Assembly: GCF_009914755.1 (NCBI RefSeq)
Contig: NC_060938.1
Length of the DNA stretch: 64,000 nt
Reading direction: 5' to 3' (one strand)
Source: the human T2T-CHM13v2.0 reference genome, Homo sapiens
Made by a program: the position numbers and the translations under genes. This document shows positions 46,521-64,000 of the stretch, piece by piece. Every line of letters begins with the position of its first letter. The first letter of the stretch is position 1. The notes under the pieces are model-generated. The model saw nothing but the letters and a program-made list of their open reading frames with translations, was not told where the DNA came from and made no database searches.

Positions 46521-48225
46521 TAGCTGATTTTTGTATTTTTAGTAAAGTTGGGGTTTTGCCATGTTGGCCAGCCTGGTCTCGAACTCCTCACCTCATGTGA
46601 TCCTCCTGCCTCAGCCTCCCAAAGTGCTAGGATTACAGGTATGAGCCACCACGGCTGGCCTGTTACCAAATTTTCATGATCTGCAGTTCAAATCCTGGCT
46701 AATGACTAAACTTACCTTTGGGAGGTAAAAGGCAGAGAAGAATCATATCTGTTTTCTAAGAAGGACCTTAGAAGATTAAGATGAAACAATGTATAAAAAC
46801 AAAGTAGCTTATACTTGCATAACTGGGCAGTTCACTGTTTTTATCAGTATAATCCTTTTTTTGCAATAGCAATTCAAAGAGCTTTTCCAGTGGTTGAACA
46901 GCAGTCATGGGTTTAAATTATGTTTGCTTATAACCACAAGAATCTTTATAGAGAACAAAATGTTTGTACTCTGGACTATCCTAGAGAATTCTACGAACAT
47001 AGACTGTAATCATGACATTACTGTAGTCCTGTATATGCAAAAAGAATAAAAGCCCTCCTTTGACTACTCCCTTGCCTTCTGCTTCTCCCCCATCTTAGTT
47101 TCTACCCATGGGGTAACCACTGTTGCCAGATTTTTCTTCACAATTGTATGTACTGTACCTTTTTGAAATCTGGAAGTTTAAACTTCAGGCAGTTTTCTTT
47201 TTTTTTTTCCGAGATGGAGTCTTGCTCTGTTGCCCAGACTGGAGTGCAGTGGCGCGCCTTCCAGGTTCATGCCATTCTTCTGCCTCAGCCTCCCGAGTAG
47301 TTGGGACTACAGGCACCCGCTGCTGCGCCCAGCTAATTTTTTATATTTTTAGTAGAGACAGGGTTTCACCGTGGTCTCGATCTCCTGACCTTGTGATCCG
47401 CCTGCCTCGGCCTCCCAAAATGCTGGGATTACAGGTATGAGCCCGCGCCTGGCCCAACTTCAGGCAGTTTTATTAGGAGTTTAAACTTGAGGCAAGAGGA
47501 CAATGAAAAGAAGCTCTTCACCATCTCCCACTATATATATAGATATATATAGTGTAAATATATAGGAGTAAAATTTGTATTAGAATTCCAGCTCAGGCAC
47601 AGTGACGTATGCCTGTAATCCTAAAACTTTGGGAGGCTGAAGTGGGAGGATTGCTTAAGGCCAGTAGTTGGAGACCAACCTGGGCAACATAGCCAGACAC
47701 TGTCCCTATAGAAAAAAAAATTAGCCAAGTGTGGTGGCATGCTCCTATAGTCCCAGGTACTCAGGAGGTGGACACAGAAGGATCACTTGAGGCCAGGAAT
47801 TTGAGATTGCAGTGAGCCGTGATTGCACTACTGCTCTCCAGCCTAGGCAACAGCCAGACCCTGTCTGGGGGAAAAAAAAATTCCATAGACTACTAAAGTT
47901 TAAGAACTTGTGAAATCTTTTTACTATCAGAAATCTCTTTTGTTACATATGTATTACTGGCCAAGACATCTGGAAGTTCAGAGATACAATGCTGATAATC
48001 TGCTTTCCAGATTTGGTTTACAAATGGTGGGTTTTATTTGGTCTGCCATAGTCTTGACACTGTACTCCAGCCTGAGCAATAGAGTGAGACCCTGTCTCAG
48101 AACAAACCAAAACTGCTTAAAGATTTATTTCTTTACTACAATAAACCTACCAAAAGTTTTTCACGTGTAATGAAAGAAAATTAATCTCACTTGAAACTCA
48201 TTTTCTTAAAATATCGTTGATATAG

Positions 48226-48399
48226 ATGAGTAACGAAAGAGGCTTTGAAAATGTAGAACTGGGAGTCATAGGAAAAAAGAAGAAAGTCCCAAGGAGAGTC
48301 ATCCACTTTGTTAGTGGTGAAACAATGGAAGAATATAGCACAGATGAAGACGAAGTTGATGGCCTGGAGAAGAAAGATGTTTTGCCTACTGTTGATCCG
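48226..48399 (+). CDS. FAM177A1: FAM177A1 second coding exon (MSNERGFENVELG...PRRVIHFVSGETMEEYSTDE...PTVDP); gene continues beyond the window
   Basis: tatag|ATG acceptor, CCG|gtaggt donor, 58 codons; contains the FAM177 family signature PRRxIHFxxGETMEEYST. Confidence 0.96.
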
Positions 48400-48720
48400 G
48401 TAGGTTTGATATTGATGATTCTTTCCTCAGTGGGCTTTGTTTTGATTTATTTTTTTTCCCTAAACATTGAGTGGAAGGGACCTTTTGAGGTTTAAATCAA
48501 CTATATTCTTATTATAAAATTATGTATGGTGATTTTGATAGAAAATAATATTTTTACATGATATGGACGGAAATATTTCCAGCATTTCAGTAGCCTGAAA
48601 CAGCTTGTTTTTCAGTGTCAGAGTACTGTGTTAGTATGGATAGATTTAAGATTGATCAGCCAGGCGCGGTGGCTCACACCTGTAATCCCAGCACTTTGGG
48701 AAGCAGAGGTGGGTGGATCA

Positions 48721-49042
<322 letters not shown>

Positions 49043-49552
49043 TCAGCTTTTTAAAATACTGCCTCAACAGGAGAATGGCATGAACCCGGGAGGCAGAGCT
49101 TGCAGTGAGCCGAGATCGCGCCACTGCACTACAGCCTGGGCAACAGAGTGAGACTCCATCTCAAAAACAAAACAAAACAAAACAAAAGTTTGCTTCAAGT
49201 TTTGATTGGAAGATAAGAATATACATTTCTGAACTTTGTGTGCCTTATCAACTAACTTGGAGAATTTCTAAATTATACAAGATGTGACTATACAATTATG
49301 AGACTAGCTATATATTTATAAAGAAATTTTTATTTATTTATAAAGAAATGCCCTTCAAGTAATTATTTTGAGAGTCCAGGTAATCACATATTTACTGACT
49401 TTCTAACAGGTACTATTTTAGGTGCCGGTGATATAGCAGTGGGTGATATAAATTTCTGCTCTCATATACTAGTGAGAAGACAGGCAATAAATAAATATAT
49501 ACTATAATTATCAGGCTATGAAAAGTGCTATAAAGAAAATTAAGCATAGTTA

Positions 49553-55600
<6,048 letters not shown>

Positions 55601-55692
55601 AGTCTATTCTCCACTCCTATTCTTTCCTGCAAATTAGCTAGCCTATAGTTTAGCCTGTATTTTTATTAAATCTAAGAATCTTCTCCCAGTTA

Positions 55693-56122
55693 CAGTAGTC
55701 CCCCCTTTATTTGTAGTTTTGCTTTTTGTGGTTACCCATGGTCAGTTGTGCTCTGAAAATATTAAATGGAAAATTCCAGAAATAAACAATTGATAAATTT
55801 TAAGTTGATCACCGTTCTGAGTAGCATCATAAAATCTCATACTGTCACACTTGGTACCTCCTTCATCAGAAGAAGGGTGCATACAGTACAACATGATATT
55901 TTGGGAGACCACATTCATATAACTATTATTACAGTGTATTGTGATAATTGTTCTATTATTAGCTATTGTTAATCTCTTATTGTGACTAATCTATAAATTA
56001 AAATTTATCATAGGCATGTGTATATAGGAAAAAACATAGTATAGGGTTCAGTATTATCCGCAGTTTCAGTCACCCATGGGAGGTCTTGGAACACAGCCCC
56101 TGCAGATAAAGGGGGACCACTG
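55693..56122. mobile_element. MER44-like (Tigger-derived) MITE
   Basis: TIRs cagtagtccccc(c)tttat / ataaagggggaccactg flanked by TA duplication. Confidence 0.85.
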
Positions 56123-56419
56123 TACATTTTGCTACAATCTCCAGTGTTTTTGAGAACACCCTTAGCCTTGGACTTTTCTAGGTGTGTTGCAAATGAAGTC
56201 AGTTCCTTTGGGAAGAGATTAGGAGTTGTCTGCTTTGTTTCCTGTCCTGGCTGGCTCCCCTACCCCAGCCCCGCCCTTCTGCCTCTCACTCAGGGCAATC
56301 TCTGAGCCAAGGTTTTGGAGCTGGGGGTGGGGACAATGGCTCATTTCTGTCTGAATAACACCTTCACTTTAGGAGCTGAGCATTTATGGGAGGTGGGGTC
56401 AGTAGCTTTAAGTATTTTT

Positions 56420-56730
56420 TTTTTTTTTTTAGTCTTTGTTTTACAAATGTCTATTTGTTTTTTTCTCATTTCTTTTTTTTTTTTTTATCTCACTCATAGA
56501 TGGGAATTGAACAATGAGAACACATGGACACAGGAAGGGGAACATCACACTCTGGGGACTGTTGTGGGGTGGGGGGAGGGGGGAGGGACAGCATTAGGAG
56601 ATATACCTAATGCTAAATGACAAGTTAATGGGTGCAGCACACCAGCATGGCACATGTATACATATGTAACTAACTGGCACATTGTGCACATGTACCCTAA
56701 AACTTAAAGTATAATAATATTAAAAAAAAA
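56420..56730. mobile_element. Truncated L1PA (about PA2-PA4) insertion with an inverted L1 3'UTR (56488-56730) and a short transduced segment (56431-56472)
   Basis: Primate L1 3'UTR with G-tract and accctaaaacttaaagtataataa; TSD agct(t/g)taagtattttt at 56404-56419 and 56731-56746. Confidence 0.85.
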
Positions 56731-57902
56731 AGCTGTAAGTATTTTTGACTTGCCTCTGCTGGCGTAGAACTTGCCTCTGCTGCCTTATGAACTGGGTAAA
56801 GGTGATCAGGGCCCTGGTGTTCTCAGTGGTGCCATGCTCAAGGTAGAGCCTCCATTCTGTGAGCAGAGGCTGGTGGAAGAAGAGAGTCACCCCCTGTCAA
56901 CCACACTTACCTGGAAATTGGCCTCAGTAATAGATGAGAAGTGCTGGTTAATATTCTGTTCCTCCTGAGAAGAAAACCCAACTGGAAGCTGAGGGGAGGG
57001 GGAACCCTGTATTCTTGGCTGTACCAGTCTGAAGTGCAGTTTCTGCCTTCCTTTGCTGGGAGGGTGCTGAGAGGGAGTGGTCTTAGTTCAGTTACCACAG
57101 ACGTTTGCTTTTGTTACCAAATTTTCATAGATTTTCTTGAATAGATGTTTATTCATTTATATGCCATTAAGACCATTTCCAGGTGCTTTAAATGTTTATT
57201 CTTTAATAAATTTCATCAGTTTTACTGGGAAGTGGGCCCAGAGTTCCTCATGCTGTTATGATAGAGGTCTATATCCACTATTAAGGTCTTTAATGACCAT
57301 GTATATAGCATATTCATGTTGGAATTTCCCTGAGTTGTGAAGCCCAATCCAACAGATCCCTGGGTGATAAGAAATCTTTTTATATTTTCTTCACTGAGAG
57401 GTACCATGAGATGTCAGAAACTTGGTTTTTAGTTCTGGCTCTGTCCTGTAGTAGTCACCTTGCTTTGACAAAGACTTAACTTTCATTGTAGTTAAAGTTC
57501 CATGATTACAAAGAAGAGAGATAACTTGCCTCACCTACCTGTAGTTGTTTTTAAAGATTAAATGAGATAATATCTATGAAAACTCACTGAAAAGTGACTT
57601 GGCTGAGCACAGTGCCTCATGCCTATAATCTTTGCTTTGGAGGGCTGAGGCAAGAGGATTGCTTGAGCCCAGGAATTCAAGGCTGCAGTGAGCCATGATC
57701 ATGCCACTGTACTCCAGCCCGGGCAACAAAGTGAGACCCTGTCTCAAAAAAAAAAAAAAGAAAAGAAAAATATATGGTAGTATTAATTAATAAAGCAAAT
57801 ATAGCAAGTAGCACAAGAAATTTTATTTGCAGTTTTTTTTTTTTTTTTACTTAAGGTAATTTTAGAACTCGATTTGAGATTGAAACCCCATAACTTATTT
57901 TT

Positions 57903-59034
<1,132 letters not shown>

Positions 59035-59046
59035 TCATGCCTTTAA

Positions 59047-62045
<2,999 letters not shown>

Positions 62046-62069
62046 AATTTTCTGTTTTTATTAAACATA

Positions 62070-63105
62070 TTTATTGCCTCAAGTACTTACCATTTATTCT
62101 TCCTAACTGTAACATTGAGCTCTTTGACCAACATCTCCCCATTTCCCCTTAACCCCCAGCCTCTGGTAACCACCATTGTGCTCTCTGTTTCTATGAGTTC
62201 AGTTTTGGATTCCACATAAAAGTGAAAACGTGGCATTATGCCTTTCTGTGCCTGGGTTATTTCAGTAGCATAATGTCCTCCAGGTTCATCCACGTTGCAC
62301 AAATGACAGAATTCCCTATTTTTAAAGGCTGAATTGTATTTCATTTTGTATATATGTCACATTTTCTTTATCCATTCATCTGATATGGACACCTAGGTTG
62401 GTTCCATAATGTGGCCATTGTGAATAATGATGTAATAAACATGGGAGTGCAGATATCTCTTTGATATACTGATTCCAGTTCCTTTCAATATATATTCAGA
62501 AATTGAATTGCTGGATTATATAGTAATTCTGTTTTTAATTTTTTGAGGAACCTCCATCCTGTTTTCCAAAATGGCTGTACTGATTTGCATTCCCACCAAG
62601 TGCACCTGGGTTCCCTTTTCTCTACATCCTTGCCAACATTTGTTATCTTTTATCTTTTTGATAATATCCATTTTGACAGGTATGTGGTGATATCTCATTG
62701 TGATTTTAATTTGCCTTTCCTTAATGATTAGTGATGTTGAACATTTTTTCATATATCTGTTGACTATTCATATGCCTTCTCTTGAGAAGTATCTGTTCAG
62801 GTCCTTAGCCTAGTTTTTAATTAGGTTGTTTTTTTGCTTTTGAGTTGTTTAAGTTCTTTACTTATTTTGGATATTAACCCCTTATCAAATGTATGGCTTG
62901 CAAGTATTTTCTCCCAATCCATGGGTTGTCACTTCACTGTGTTGATTGTTTCTTTTACTGTGCAGAAGCTTTTTATTTTGATGTAATCCCATTAGTCTGG
63001 TTTTGGTTTTGTTGCCTGAGCTTTTGGGGTCAAATCCAAAAAAGTATTGCCCAGACCAATGTTATGTAGTTTTCCCTTATGTTTTCTTCTAGTAGTTTTA
63101 CATGG
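62070..63105 (-). mobile_element. L1MA/L1MB 3' end (ORF2 C-terminus and 3'UTR)
   Basis: Minus ORF 62516..62752 [22 protein letters not shown]...[10 protein letters not shown] resembles the L1 ORF2 C-terminal region. Confidence 0.88.
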
Positions 63106-63650
63106 ATAATTTTTCCAATATGTATTTCAGAATCTCCATCGGTGGCAGTAAATAGGTTTTTTATTGTGTAAGTAGAAAATCTTTTACATGGTGGAGTATG
63201 TTAACAGATGATTGGTATCTTAATGTTAGAGCATTTTGATAGCAGGTAACCATAAAACTACTTCTAATCACCATATCCTTTCTTGTGTTTGTGGACTAGG
63301 CATCATGTGAAGTTTCTGTTTGCTCCTGTAGATTTACTCTCTACTCGTCTGCATGCTGCATTGTACTTTGGCATGTATGCACTGTATTAGTAGAGTCCTT
63401 TGTCCTCTGGCTTTTTATTGAGTTTAGCCAATGTGAACCACCGGCAGGAAATTAGAGGGCAGGGAATAAAATGAGGTTGTGTTATTTACTCTTCACCATT
63501 CTGATTCTGGGATTCCTTCCTTATTATATGCCATGGGTAACTGGATTTTCTACTAAGGCCACAGCTACTATTGGGAAGCCTTCTCCATTTGGGTATTCTC
63601 CCGGGGTTCCCAGTAACTGCTCTCTCTTTTTACCCCTTCAGATATTGGGT

Positions 63651-64000
63651 TTGTGATAGCCCATTTTGTGCTGCTATAATGGAATACCACAGACTGGGTA
63701 ATTAATAAAGAACAGAACTTCATTGGCTTACAGTTGTGGAGGCTGGGAAGTCCAAGATTGAGCAACTGGCATCTGGCAAGGGCCTTCTTGCTGCATCATT
63801 GAATGTAGCAGAAGGCAAGAGGGTGAGAGAGAGACAGAGAGAGAAGGGGCCAGAGCTCATGATTTTATAACAAACCCACTTCCATAATAATGGCATTAAT
63901 CCATTCATGATGCTGGAGCTGTCATGGCATAATCACTGCTCGTTCAGTCCCAGCTCCCAACACTGTTATATTGTTTCCAACACACGTTTTTTAGGGGACA
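63651..64000 (-). mobile_element. MST-type MaLR LTR running to the window edge
   Basis: gctgctataatggaataccacagactgggtaat...ggaggctgggaagtccaagat; ends ggggaca. Confidence 0.8.

Noticed and set aside
47529-47554. Hairpin CACTATATATAT-AG-ATATATATAGTG; also 34792-34808 and 25923-25935
   Set aside because: These are mostly (TA)n-driven or short enough to be expected by chance.

Overview
Human or great-ape genomic DNA, very Alu-dense, matching the SRP54-FAM177A1 interval (14q13.2 in human). The + strand carries the last 12 coding exons of SRP54 (4056-25904). They are all GT-AG and splice in frame to 1260 nt, i.e. 419 aa plus stop (residues 86-504: GTPase G domain and Met-rich M domain), followed by the 3'UTR and poly(A) signals near 26.3 kb. 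About 15 kb of intergenic DNA follows, including a THE1 (MaLR) provirus. Next come the FAM177A1 CpG-island promoter and first two coding exons (41419/41488-41583 and 48226-48399), then 15 kb of FAM177A1 intron. Nearly all other ORFs in the track are Alu, LTR or LINE artefacts. I found no convincing new multi-gene system. The best candidates for a second look are: (1) a 98-nt intron in FAM177A1 that contains the upstream ATG and would toggle a 23-aa N-terminal extension; (2) a candidate frameshifting (poison) cassette exon in FAM177A1 intron 1; (3) a three-junction microhomology-templated insertion inside an Alu; (4) an L1 insertion with a 5' inversion plus a 3' transduction tag; (5) several unusual palindromic AT-rich structures; (6) a non-L1 LINE reverse-transcriptase fossil; (7) an apparently empty SVA insertion site inside a segment I recall from the legacy MN/CA9 genomic sequence (unverified recollection). 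Repeat subfamily names and repeat boundaries are by eye and approximate.
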